A DNA stretch of 64,000 bases. It comes from Paraspadella gotoi (lineage: Eukaryota > Animalia > Chaetognatha). This document shows, in pieces, positions 25,501 to 37,533 of this stretch. Location of the stretch: positions 9,664,432 to 9,728,431 of the forward strand of contig CM119263.1 of assembly GCA_051294375.1 (NCBI GenBank), read 5' to 3'. The notes under the pieces are model-generated. The model was not told where the DNA came from. It saw only the letters and a program-made list of their open reading frames with translations, and made no database searches. The position numbers and the translations under genes were made by a program. How positions within the stretch are numbered: the first letter of the stretch is position 1; each line of letters opens with the position of its first letter.

Positions 25501-28500
25501 ACAAAATGACCTAAAAGTACTTAGCTTTCTTTCTACTGTTTGTGTTTGAATCAGTCAAACAGAGTAGACCCTGTCGGAGTCAAAGGCAGCAGGCCGCTGT
25601 TTTCCACAAGGATAAATGTCAGGGTCAGACTGAATCCCGAATGTCGAAGTAAAAATTAATCAATCCATCTTTCACCCCGAGCCTCGAGTTGTGTTTATTC
25701 CTACGAATACGATCATATTCCTTTAATTTTAATTATTTTTTAAAAAAATTATAATGCGATGTCGATTGGCGAACTGCAATGGGAAAATCTGTGATTCGAA
25801 AGATCTGCAATCAAGATTCCTTAATGATGATGACGTTGAAAGCCCCAGGGAGGGAGCTAGACTCTGGAAGGGAGAATCCCGGAGGATCGTTCACAACGCT
25901 CAAAACATTAGCAACATCTGTGAAATCGTTGGGGGAACGAGGCGCAGTTGCCGAAGGGTTGGGGGGGGTGGTGAGTGAGGGAGAGGGGTTGGGGGTTTTA
26001 GAAGAGGCTGAAGGTATTCGCAAGCGGAGGGGGAAGCAGCGGTAGAGTCACGAGTGAAACTAAAAAAAAAAAGGAGGAGAAAAGTGTGAGGGAGTTTCGA
26101 AGATGCCAATGGAATAAACAAACTAGAGATGGCCTCGGGGTTTTGTGAATAATATAATCCAGGGGGTGGAAGAGAGAGGGAGGGAGGGATGAGTGAATAA
26201 TAAATTCCAGAGAGAAAATGAGGACTGGGAGATGGAGAGAATAAAAATTCGAACGGTGAAGATGTGATTTTTTTTTTCCTTCTTTTTCTCTTTAATGAGT
26301 TTTACGAAATGTTGATTTATTGATTCGGGAAGAGATGAGGGGAAATGTTTTAATGTCAAAGTAAAATCGAAATTTATCATTCCAGTGACAAATTCACTTT
26401 ATGCTGACATTTATGATTTTTTTACGTTCTTTGTTTCAATTTTTTTCTTTCTAAGTTGCTCTCTTTTTATTCCACTTCTTCATTTCTAGACTATAGCTCT
26501 CTCCCTCTCTCTCCCTCTCTATCCCCACTTCTATTCCATTCAATGTCATTTTCTATTTTCCAATCCATTTTTTTTTCATTCCATTCAATGTAATTTTCTA
26601 TTTTCCAATCCATTTTTTTTCATCCTTTCAGGTGATCGAGCAGCCCAATTGCTTCGACAAGCGCACGACCTTGCGCGAGACTGAATTGGCCGCCTACAAG
26701 TGCATGGTGCGGGTGAAGGGAGCCGATAGCCGCGCCACCTCCATCGCGTGGAACAAACCAAAAGCGACGAAGACGCGGCGAACGAATTCGTCTGATCCGG
26801 ACTTTGTCATCGTCTCCTCGGACCTTGAGTACCGCGCTCGTTACCAGGACAACGGAGACCCGCTGCTCTGCTTCGCCCGGAACCCCAGATGGAATCGGAC
26901 CTTGCCCATGCCCAACTGCTCTCTGGGCACGCTGGACGTTCTTTTCCCTCCCAAACTGGTCTGCGATCGATTGCAGGTTGGAAGAGGGGGGGGCCGGGGG
27001 GAGCGGGTTGATGGTTGAGGGATAGGATGTTTAAAATTAGGTTTTATCTAGTCGGTTAAAAGAGGCATAAGCATTGAGTATGTTATGTTTAAATTATTGC
27101 TTAAGATAAATTTATAAATCAATATATATAATATAGGTATGTAAATAAAAAGAGATATTTTATATACAAAAATACAAAAATTTAATTTCTCGTTTAAATG
27201 GCTTGCACAATAGTAATTCATAACCGGTCACTCGTTGATAATCAGCGGTACCATTGGCGCCGGAGGTAGCACGCGCTTCTCCGGACCCTGCGCCCTGATG
27301 ATTCCCACAAGAATACAGACCTGAAGTTCTAACCCTCCAGTAATTAGCGGCCAGAGTGTCAGATCTCATGATTGAGAACTTAAGTCGTATAACGGAAGGT
27401 GAATTGCTCGCCTCTTCCACATTATACCCGCCCCAGATTTTTACAAACACAACTACAATATTCTAACCACCCTAACCCCACCCATTCCTCTAGGTGTTCC
27501 CCTCAGATCCCCTAGGCAACCTCTACGTCTTTTGCGACGTGCTGGCCAACCCTATCGAGGACCTCGACTCGATCCTTTGGTACGTGAAGGCGTCTGGTCG
27601 GCCGCGGAGGATCGAGGAGTTCGTCAACCTCACGCGAGTCGACAAATCGATCGTCAACGGGTACCGCTCGCGCCTCGACGTTCCGCATTCGCTCCTCGAC
27701 GAGGTTGGTCGTTATTGTTGTTCTTTTCTTGAGGGATGTTATTAGGAATGGGAAATGGTTGGAGCTGTCGATTGATATAGATCTATGGAGATTAATTCGA
27801 GACGGTTAAGTGTAGCGTTGTTTTCAGGGTAATACTTCGGAGGTGGAGAGAGAACTCCTGCCGGGAAAAGAAATAGGAGCCGGGGTCCATGTAGACGATT
27901 TTGGTCTTGGGAGTTGCTCTCTGTCTTTTCAGGATTTTGTGAGCAAAGTCCTCTTTCGATTAGATCAAACGCTGATTGCGCCTATTTTCTTCGGCGGTAT
28001 ATTCACACCGCCTAAGGAGTTGAATTTCCAATTTGGCACAAAATGAAGAATGAAGACGCATCCTCCTCACTCTTTAGGTCGGAGAAGACGGCGCCGTAGA
28101 CTTCCTCCTCAAGATTTACTACGGCGGCCAAACGACGACGCGCGACATTCGTTTGGCGACGGAGACGAGAGGCGCCACCACTTACGCCTACGTGGGGGCG
28201 GCGCTGGGCGTCGGCGTCGTCATCGTCGCCTGCGTCGCCTGCTGCTGCTTTAGGTGATGAGTTGTTAAAGTCGTTGTTGTTGTCGCCTGCTGCTGCAAGC
28301 AGATGCTTCAACTGAGACCAGTTATAAGATGTTGTTGTTGTTGTTACTGCGTCGTTTGCAGAGGTTAAAAAATCGTGGTGTTTCTGTCTTCATTTTGGTC
28401 ATCGACGAACCTTCAGTTTTTAAATTTTATTCGTCGTTATTGACATCGACCTCCAATCCTCGATTTCGTCATCCTAGATGCTACAAGCCCGACCCGGACA

Positions 28501-28781
28501 AGGAGCCCCGCAACGGTCACGTAACGGCCAACGGCCACGCCACGCGTCTTCAAGGCAACGAGATCGAGGTCAAGCCGAAACATCTGGAGGCCCACTATCG
28601 GAGAGGCGTGGAGAGTCGAACGGATTTCGTCGATCGCAATCACCGTCACCATCGTCTCAATCATCATGGTCAACAACATCAACAGCAACAACAACAGCAA
28701 CAACAGGAGTCTATTACGCCGCGAAACAATGAATCGGCAGAAGAAGGGACGCGCAGGGTCAGATTCCAGAACAACGTTTGA
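22391..28781 (+). CDS. Immunoglobulin-superfamily membrane protein (3 Ig-like domains, TM, cytoplasmic tail), 6 exons
   Basis: Phase-consistent exons: 22391 (or ATG 22868)-23717, 25246-25436, 26632-26976, 27494-27703, 28078-28253, 28478-28781. Ig1: GEDVSVECP...IAWMKD...YQLTIRAVDFHDAGPYVCQ. Ig2: AYKCMVRV...IAWNK...DNGDPLLCFARN. Ig3: LYVFCDVLANP...ILWY...YRSRLDV. TM: YAYVGAALGVGVVIVACVACCCF. The tail ends RRVRFQNNV*. The start codon is uncertain. Confidence 0.88.
24265..24393. repeat. GC-rich 13-bp tandem repeat (ACCGCGCCACCCG)n in intron 1 of the Ig gene
   Basis: About 6 near-perfect copies followed by 3-4 degenerate ones. Confidence 0.92.
26533..26623. repeat. Two tandem copies of a ~45 bp unit just upstream of a splice acceptor
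   Basis: ATTCCATTCAATGT(C/A)ATTTTCTATTTTCCAATCCATTTTTTTTTC occurs twice. Confidence 0.85.
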
Positions 28782-28954
28782 GACTTTTCACAAGCGAAGG
28801 TCGCGATAGAGTTTTACTTTTTACCGCAAAATGTGATCTTTAACTTTACTGTATTACTATAACTTTTTTTTTTCTTAACACCCCAGAGATTCTTTGTGAT
28901 TGAAGAAATTTATTTGTTTCCACTTTGATGGTACGGATTAGAATTATCTTTCCA

Positions 28955-28959
28955 TTCTC

Positions 28960-29047
<88 letters not shown>
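28955..29047. repeat. (CT)n microsatellite, representative of many (AG/CT)n tracts in the window
   Basis: Seen directly. Similar tracts at ~11650, 15025, 15195, 18375, 19950, 21980, 32375, 36395, 38680, 47950, 53430, 54040, 55465, 62365, 62940. Confidence 0.95.
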
Positions 29048-29050
<3 letters not shown>

Positions 29051-29968
29051 GTTATTCCTCTCTAGTGATAAAACTATTAAAAATAATATTGCTGAAACTG
29101 TGTTTTTCTTCCTGTCTCACAAAAGTTCTAGTTCTATTAAAGTCAAATGCCACTCAATGATATTGCAAAAGAAGCTTTGCTCATAATTGCTGATAAATGC
29201 TGATAGATTCTTATGAAAAGTATCATCTAAACCAGTTAATTTTATATCAGTCTTCAGGAGTTAAAGATAGATTCGACAACCGGTTTTGTAGCCCGTTCAT
29301 CGCCGGGCTTCATTTTCAAACCTGATCCCGCTACGGAGGCTCAATCTTTAGAGGGATCTGCTAACAGCAGTTTCCGGCTCTATAATTCACTTTGACGGTC
29401 TGTCCGTCCGTCCGCCCCCCCCAATCTTGTCGGTAAGTCACTGAAATGATGTCAGAAGTGGAAATGAGTTTAAATGGAAAAAACGAAAAACCTGTTTCAC
29501 TTATTGATTATGCTTCTTTTTCTTATTAAAAGTAAATGCAAGATTCATTAATTAATCAAATAATTAATCAATTAATGAATTAGTAAATTAATTAATAAAT
29601 AATTATTTAATTAATCAATTAATTATTCAATCAATCAATTTATTTATCAACAAATCAATCAATCAATCAAGTCAACCAATTAATCATTATCGGCGTTATT
29701 GTCATCGTCGTCGCCATTATCGTCGTCGTTGCTTTTGTCATGGTCACTGGTCAGTGAAGAAAATACCTAAAAACAAACGTGTCGGATCAAATGAATTAAT
29801 TATTTAATTTATTAATTAATTAACTAATTAACAATTAATTCGAGGTAATTAATTAGTCAATTAATGAGTTAATAATTTATTAATTACAATTAATTAATAA
29901 TTATGGGCAGATCCGGCATTGTTTGCTCAAAATTTTTTTATTGACAAGTCTCAGAATAAAAAAAGCAG

Positions 29969-31863
29969 ATGAATGTTTTTTTCATTTTTATTATTATTAA
30001 ATTGTACTACGAGAAAATGTTAAATTTTCTCTCCTTCTTTGGGGCAAAGCGTTTTGTCGCCGGGGCTCGTATTTCAAAGAATGTGCTCTTCCTTCTCCTA
30101 GTATTTATTTTGCTCCGTTCGGTCCACTATTACCTCGTCGTCAAAGACTCTGCCAACTCGCCCACAAAATATCCCATCAACGATCCCGAGACTTTGACTG
30201 GCACCCCAGTCGACCCACCTCCGACAGCGTCGAACAACGTCCCTCTCGCGATATACGCCTTCTTCTGGAATCTATGTCGTACTTCTGGAATCTCGTTTCT
30301 CATCCTCGAAGAAGATTGGGTTCGCGTCTTTGTCGCCACAAATGGCTTCGACGGTTTCGATCCGCCCGTATTGACTCACCTTTCCATCCTCCAAGGCGAC
30401 GCCGTCAAACTTATCCATCTCCTCCAGTCGCCGTTTGTTGATTCCGACGTGTTTTCCGCGCTCGACGCCCGCGTGGCGCGACAAGACGAGAAGAGCGGCG
30501 CCGTGGAGACGGTTTCGATCGCAAAGGCGTCGATGCAGTCGTTTTTATCGACGACGCCGGATTTCCACGGCTTCGTCATTTTCCCCAGATTCGCTGATCG
30601 AGTCGAGATCTCGATCCTCATTAAAACCTCGATCATCAAAAATGTCGACGGCGGCTACTTTTATCTGCCGTGGTCGCCGCGCGGGCGCCCGCTAGCGCTG
30701 CCCGACTTGTCCGTCAAACGCATCGTCGTCCCGGGCATCGAGGGCACCTTCTACGTGCCGGCCGACGTCGATCGATTCCTGTGGGAGATGGAGGCGGCGG
30801 AATTCGTCGCCTGCGACCCAAAGAGGATCCCAGATTTTCGAGTGAAATCGGGGAAAGAGTTGGTGAAGGAGAAGGCCGTCGTTGCTGCAGGAAATTTGAA
30901 ACTTATTGTCGGTGAGACGGTTTTCCAAGAGGATTTTATGTTTTTAGTCGCTTCTTATAAAAGTAAACGTAAATAAATAAAAATGTAAATAATTAAATGC
31001 TTATTTTTGTAAATGTACGCCCATTATCGAGAATGTAAAATATAAAAAAATCAATAATAAAAAGTCTTATGTCGACAAAATAACAGCACGCATTGCATTA
31101 AGACCGATACGCATTAATACTGAAAAAAATACCAATAATAACAATCGATTTTAATTTAAATTATCAATATGACAACATATCACTAATACATTTTAAGTTA
31201 TGTTTCACCATGCTTCAAAAACCTTAACTACACTTTTAAAGTTTCATTATGATTTGCAGCAAATTCCTTCCAAAATAGTTCTCATTCCTCCGAACAGAAC
31301 TTCGCAACGAGATGGCTAAGAGGCGAAAGCGCAATTTTCTCTTCGGCCGAACCCTCCTCGGCTGGTACGCCCAATGCTCCTTGATCCAGTACGACGTGGA
31401 CGTGCACACGGCGCAGTGGATCGACGACTACGAGGAATCGATGCCGGTGTATTTTTTTGGCCACGCCCTCCTCAAACTCCTCGCCTACTTCGGTCTCAAG
31501 GACGACGGGCTCGAGTTTAAATTGGGATTCGGGACACGGAACGCCCTTCGCCTGCACTGGCTTTATCGCAAAGACGACGAGTCCTGGATAGGCCTGCACT
31601 CTTCCGACGGGTTGGGCGAGAAAAAAATCGCCTCGTACCCGGCTGTACGGAGGATCTGCTCGGCCGATCTTTACGGACGCCTGGTTAACGTCCCTTGCGA
31701 CGCCTGGTCCCTTCTCAGGGCCGAGTACGGCGACCTTCCGTGGACAGCCGAGAATCCCGCCTACCACGAGACGAGAGACGCGAAAAACGTGCGAATCGCA
31801 CGATTGACTGAAAAGAAGGAGTTGAGCCCAAGTAGTGCTACGCTAAATTTTGGGACGGAATAA
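29969..31863 (+). CDS. Fukutin-like / LicD-family nucleotidyltransferase-fold type II membrane protein, 2 exons
   Basis: Exons 29969 (or ATG 30017)-30911 and 31298-31863 join in phase 1 (KLIV-E-LRNEM). N-terminal signal-anchor NVLFLLLVFILL. Fukutin-like blocks: FYVPADVDRFL...FVAC, FLFGRTLLGWYAQCSLIQYDVDV, FGLKDDGLEF, ICSADLYGRLVNVPCD...LRAEYG..W. It looks like a divergent paralog, so no symbol is given. Confidence 0.85.
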
Positions 31864-32370
31864 AAATGGGGAAGGGGACGAGGGAGCAAAGATTTTGGGC
31901 TGAAACAGGGGGAGATGAAGAGGCGAGATTGTTTATATTCTCATGCGAATATTGAAATTTATACGAAGTCATTTTTAGTCTATTGATGAAAATCAAATAA
32001 TAGTTTATAATAGTTGGTGCAATGCTTGCCGTTATTACAATTTACAGAACTCAAAATAGAAATTTTCTTTTTTTATATAACGACTAGAACTAGAAAAAAA
32101 ATTCTGAAAAATTTTCTTAGATCTCTCGATAAAATTGGTTGAGCAACACCGACGAAGATATTTTTAAAACACTGCTAAATAACAAGATAGGTTGCTAATT
32201 ATTCGACAGAGATTGCGAGAAAGGAATAACCCGTGACGCCAGTCGATTGCCTCTTTCATCTTCGCCCATTTTTATAGCGAGACCAAAACATCTTGGTATG
32301 AAGCTGTGAAGCTGCCTCGAGTACAAACATTCAATGGAAAACAAGTGAACTTTGTGCAAGTGGGGAGGCA

Positions 32371-32420
<50 letters not shown>

Positions 32421-35286
32421 AAGGTCAAACTTGATCTCATGAGACGAATAAAAAGTTCAGCTAACTTTTTTTTGTTTCGCCAATGTTAGATTTCCTTTTT
32501 TTTTCAATGTGGATTCACCGAGAGCAAAAGGTCACAACGACGATGGTAAACGATAAAACGAGTAACCATGACAACGAACGGGTGCGCCAGCAACGACGAC
32601 GATTATGTCGTCTAGGAAAAACTATTAAAAAGATATCTTGCTTTCTTCCAATCTATTTCGTCCTTTCTGTCCGGTTCATTTAGAATTTTTTTGAAACAAT
32701 TCAATAGTTACATAGTTATATTTGTTCGTAAAAGAAATTTCTTGCTTGAAACGTTCTTTTTATTTCTCAAGTGATTTGAACCATATTTTGCTATTATATT
32801 GATGGGTAAAATAAAAAAAAATATTCTTCATTATCGTTTTTTGATTTGATAACATTATTTGATATCAGAATATTTTTAATATAAATTTTAATGACATCTA
32901 CCATCTACGAGATTTTCTACCTATTTCTTCGGCAGAAAAGATTGGACCACCCTAATTCGTCAAAAACTGATCACTCTAACTCATCCTGACGATGATGAAT
33001 CAGAGATTGATCGATGTTGTACATTTTCAAAATCAAGAGAGCGACAAATACCGGAGGCTGATCATGGATTTATCTCGATTCATTTTCGCAATATATTTCC
33101 TTCGCTCTCATTCCCTCTCTCCCATTCTCCCTCTCTCTCTCTCTGTTTTCCTCTCCGTATCTCTCTCTCAATCACATTGCAAAACTCTTATCTGTTTCTC
33201 TCAACATAGATCTCTCTCTCTACCTCGCTCTCGATCCAACACCGCTTCAAATTTATTTCTTAATTTCCTTTCGCCGTTTAATTCATGAGCCCAAAAAATC
33301 TGAGTGGACAGGCCGATTTTTGTTGTTATTTTCCTCTTCACGTCCAGATTCACCAGCCCTACCCTAAAACAAAAGTCTCCCACCGCTCCACTCTCCACTC
33401 CCCTTAAAAACGGCGGAAAATTGAAAATTCAATCGCGGCGAAATTCGATACACCCTTTCAATTTTGAAGCTCCCCCTCAAATTCGAAATAAAAAAAAAAT
33501 AAAACAATATAACGATTTTTTCATTCTTCTCTCGATTCTGGGCTTCGGATTTCTATCCGTTGAATCCGCCGACCCTCCTTTCGCGGGACCTCTTCAACGC
33601 GAAGACCCCCTCGTTGAAGGATCCGTGTGAATGTGAAAGAAACACATCATCGTTTAGGGCCCATGAAAGAATCGCTGAATCGTTAGGAGCTCACCGCTTG
33701 AGTGAATAGATTTATGTTTACTTCCGGTGCACTGATATGCAGAAAACAAAAATATGTTCCGGTTCTTTCTTTTTGTACCTTTCAGAGAATTCATTTACTT
33801 TGAAGATAAACGATCAACAATGAACAAAAGAAAAGGGTAAACATAGTTTGTCGATATACATGGTTATTAGGTAAGTCAGATGCCTAAAAAATGTTTTAAT
33901 ATTTTACTTTATCAAACTTTGGGAAACTGAAAATCAAAATCAAATCAAAATCAGCATTATGGAAAATTAAACTTCGCAGGACTGGATATTGGATAATTTT
34001 AAATTAAAAAAATCGTTCTGTTTTGTATCGGTTTTTCTATAGTTAATTAAAATGACTGCCGCTGCCGATAGGCGTCGCTTCGTCTGACAAGAGATGCAAT
34101 TCAACGTGATGTCTTGAGATTTCAACGTTGACTTGTTTTTTTGCGATATATCGTATTTATTTGACTTCGGTTGATTTCGCGTCTCTTTCTAGATATTTCT
34201 CTCTCTCTCTTTCTCTCCACGAATTTTTAATCAATAGTTCAATACTTACTAACACGTATATTTATCTTTCTTTAATAATATTCATAACACAGAACCTTGT
34301 CGTTGTATATGATATGAATAACAATAACCGAATCATCGGGGAAAAAAATTATGTTTAACTCGAATTGTGAGATGTACTGTAATGGGGTCGATCTATGAGG
34401 TCGGGACTCTCACTGGACGCGCTCGTCATCGTCAATCAATGTCTGGTTTGAGGGAGGGGAAGGAAATGTACAAAGATGACTCGGTATTTGGGGGCAGTGA
34501 AAAGGCCAGATAAGTTGATTGTATCGACTTTGGGTCAAATATGCAAGAATTGACATGGGTATCTCTATTTAAAACAAAGATAATTTGATTTTGGGTAAAA
34601 ATGTAAACCTGGTCGGGAGCTTTGGTCGTCAATCATTGGATGCGGGGCGGGGGAAGTATCGCTCGAGAAAATTTTAATTTTCCTTTCCGAAGATATCAAC
34701 ATAAAGTAATTTCATTCTCATCGAATGACCAAAACTAAGATGATTTTTTATAAGAATAAAAACAAAACGAGTTAGTTTGTAGAAACGAATAGACATCAAT
34801 TTTTTTTCGACTTTTTTTTAGAAAATCTTTTTTGTATCGTTTTTTTAATCAGACGACCAAGTCACTTGTAAAAAAAAATTTTTCATGAGGTGATTGAGTC
34901 AAAACATAGATTTCAGACAGGGCAATTAAAGTGGCAACATAGTACTAAACTGAAGTAGCGGAGATTGCGGTATTTGCATTTTATGTATATGACTGTTTTT
35001 GTAACATATAAATGAAATTGGTACAACCAATATAAAAATTATCCATTCATTTAATAAATAAGCTATCTTGTCCCTGACTTTGGACAGGCTTTGGTGGTTT
35101 AAGGCCTCCATCACACTTACAAGATAATAACATAGCAGGTTTTTGCAAGCTTTCAATATTAGTGAAACTAAGACGGAAACTGAGATTTCGTCTGAACTCA
35201 TCGCTATGAAGAGAAAGATCAAGGGGTCCAACATTCATTGGGAAATCAACTTCTGATATTTTCTCGAAGTTTTGGCTCGAAGCCAC

Positions 35287-35307
35287 GTTGCCTTGGCAAC
35301 CGATTGG
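35287..35307. promoter_or_regulatory. RFX X-box with adjacent CCAAT box
   Basis: GTTGCC-TT-GGCAAC (35287-35300) has perfectly palindromic half-sites matching the X-box consensus GTTGCCATGGCAAC. ATTGG (CCAAT on minus) lies at 35303-35307. Confidence 0.65.
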
Positions 35308-35600
35308 CTTTACATTATTTCTTGTTTCCTTTTTTTCGTTGCTTCTTTTCAAGTGAAAAACATTATTCGGCATAAATACTATTTTTGTTCGTATGTTTTA
35401 TTTCGCTTTTTTCATGCTTTTTCCTTTATTAATTTAATTTTTTAAAAAATAGAGCCTGTATTGAGCTTAAAACATGAAAATTTGTACCCATCAGAAGTTT
35501 GTGAAATTTTCGAAATTATCTCCTCGAATCTTTCCCTCGACGACCCTCTTCAATGCGTCTTCAACGCAGGCAGGAATTTCCCGTGTTCAGTGTTCACTGT

Positions 35601-35839
35601 TCACTGTTCACTGTTCTCGAAGTCGATGGAGAGATCCAAACTGCGATATGTCTCCGGCGTCCGTCTATCCGCGGTCTTCCGCCAAAGACGCGGAAAGAAG
35701 AAATAGAAAAACTCGGCTACTTTGACGAGAAATTCAACGGGGTTCGCTCCCCGCCTTCGGTGCACCTCGTCGCTCATCGATTTGCCCAGCGCCAGAAGCT
35801 CGTCGAGATGCTCCTCACTGAGCTCAGTCTCGCTCTTAT
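35601..35839 (-). CDS. Orphan terminal coding exon candidate
   Basis: GC-rich island in AT-rich DNA. Acceptor ctgtctag, then KSETELSEEHLDELLALGKSMSDEV...FLVKVAEFFYFFFPRLWRK...ENSEQ*. The antisense frame is also open, so strand is not certain. Confidence 0.3.
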
Positions 35840-36391
35840 CTAGACAGTTTTTTATAACTGGAAAAGAAGACATTGAAGCAGCTTTAAGTTGAAGCTTTAA
35901 CATTCCAGTTTCTGTCAGATGCTGAGTTACTGTCAAATATTGTACTTTTTCTTTGTTTCTTTCTTCTTTCTCTCCAAACATTAATCAAAAAAAAAAATTG
36001 GCCATTGGCCAAGACTTTCTTAACTTAGCCAGAGTCCTTTTACTAAGTTCACCAATTTATTTTTTTATCTCGCGTTAGTTTTCCGTTTCCAACCCTCGTC
36101 TCGTCTCGTCTCCATCCCTAAATCTGTGTTCTGACATTCCCTTTAGAAATATTTTTTTTTCTGGTCTCGATCTCTCATGATTCGCCACTCAGATCTTTGC
36201 CCTTGAATCTCTCTTGATCTCCCAAATCCCAAACTTATCCGTACGCCGCCGCCATGGCGGTCATCCGACGACTGATGTCCGTCAGCTGACCACCGACCAA
36301 CGATGCCGGACACTGGAAGCCCGATTGGCCGCAGTTTCCCCTTTTGGGCGAAATACGCAGAGATTTGAGATCAAAAGTCGTGATGACCGTT

Positions 36392-36444
<53 letters not shown>

Positions 36445-37533
36445 ATATATTCTATTACATATATATATATCCACTTGTCTATTAACTTGTGTTATCTTTC
36501 CTATAGTTTTTTTTAGTCTTTGCATCTGTCACCATTGAATATTCCTATCTTAAAATTCGAAGGCATTTATTGCAAATGTTTTCTCACTGTGTACCTTTTT
36601 TTTATCAATTGCTGATATCACCAAAAGAACGGAATTTATGGTTTTCCAATTCTCTCTCTCAGTCTCCCTCTTATCTAGACAGGGTTCTTTTTTTTTTTCT
36701 TTTTTTTCTCCCTTTTTTTTTTTTTTTGCTCCGTCTCTCTCTAATCCGAACGGAACGCCTGGAAATTTATTCGATTTTAACTGAGGCCAGTCTCGTTCGA
36801 TTGGCACTGAGAGACTCTGGCCAGTGGAAGTTCCTCGAATGACGTCGAAATAAAAAGGTAAGTCGAGAGAGAAAAGTATGGATGAAGAAAAACGAAACAA
36901 AGAAACCACTTTTAGATTAAATATAAAATATTAAATACACGCCCCCCCCATGAGTTGCTTTGTTTTTCTAAAACCACCTTACTCAATACCCACTCATTAC
37001 CCAGTCTTACCCTTACTAAATACCCTTACCCACCCTAGTCACCTCACTACAGGACAAGTACAGATCTTTTACTTCACCAAGAGCCGTAAAAGTTCAATGA
37101 AGCCGCCTCATAAACGTTAAAACTCAAGTCGAACGCAAAGCGAAAGATATTTACATTTTTACGTTTTACAAACAAGAAACGCGTGCTCTCGGAAAAGTGA
37201 GTCTCGCACGGGAGTTCTCAGTTTTTTGCCGCATAACAACAACAGTTTCAAAAAAAATTTGAATAAAGAAGCTGATGATTCTATTAAAAACAATCTTTCA
37301 AATAAGTGGACGCGGAATTGTATTCCGAACGAGGGAAAGCACAAAGCGTTGACAACTGTAACAACAAGGAGATTAAGAACGGCAACAGTTGTAATATCTT
37401 CAGAAAGTCTTTTCGTAGTCAGTTCGTCGTTGGGGATGAATTTCACTCGAATGTCGGTTTTTCCGTGGTTACTTGCTCTCCTTTTTCCTCTCTCTCTCCC
37501 TCTCTCTCTCTCTCCCTTTTTCTCTTTCTTTCT

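Noticed and set aside
27295-27330. CTGATGA as a hammerhead ribozyme core
   Set aside because: No stem II followed by GAAA and no matching stems I and III.
27329-27336. CTAACCCT as a telomerase RNA template
   Set aside because: An 8-mer occurs by chance, and no U-rich pseudoknot or H/ACA domain is recognisable around it.
27829-28000. Extra exon candidates in Ig-gene intron 4
   Set aside because: The direct phase-0 join 27703-28078 completes Ig3 and the TM, while the candidate exon would shift the frame.
29285-29370. Two hairpins followed by ACA (H/ACA snoRNA-like)
   Set aside because: The hinge lacks ANANNA and the first stem is too short. A nearby (GTCC)n tract suggests an interspersed-repeat remnant.
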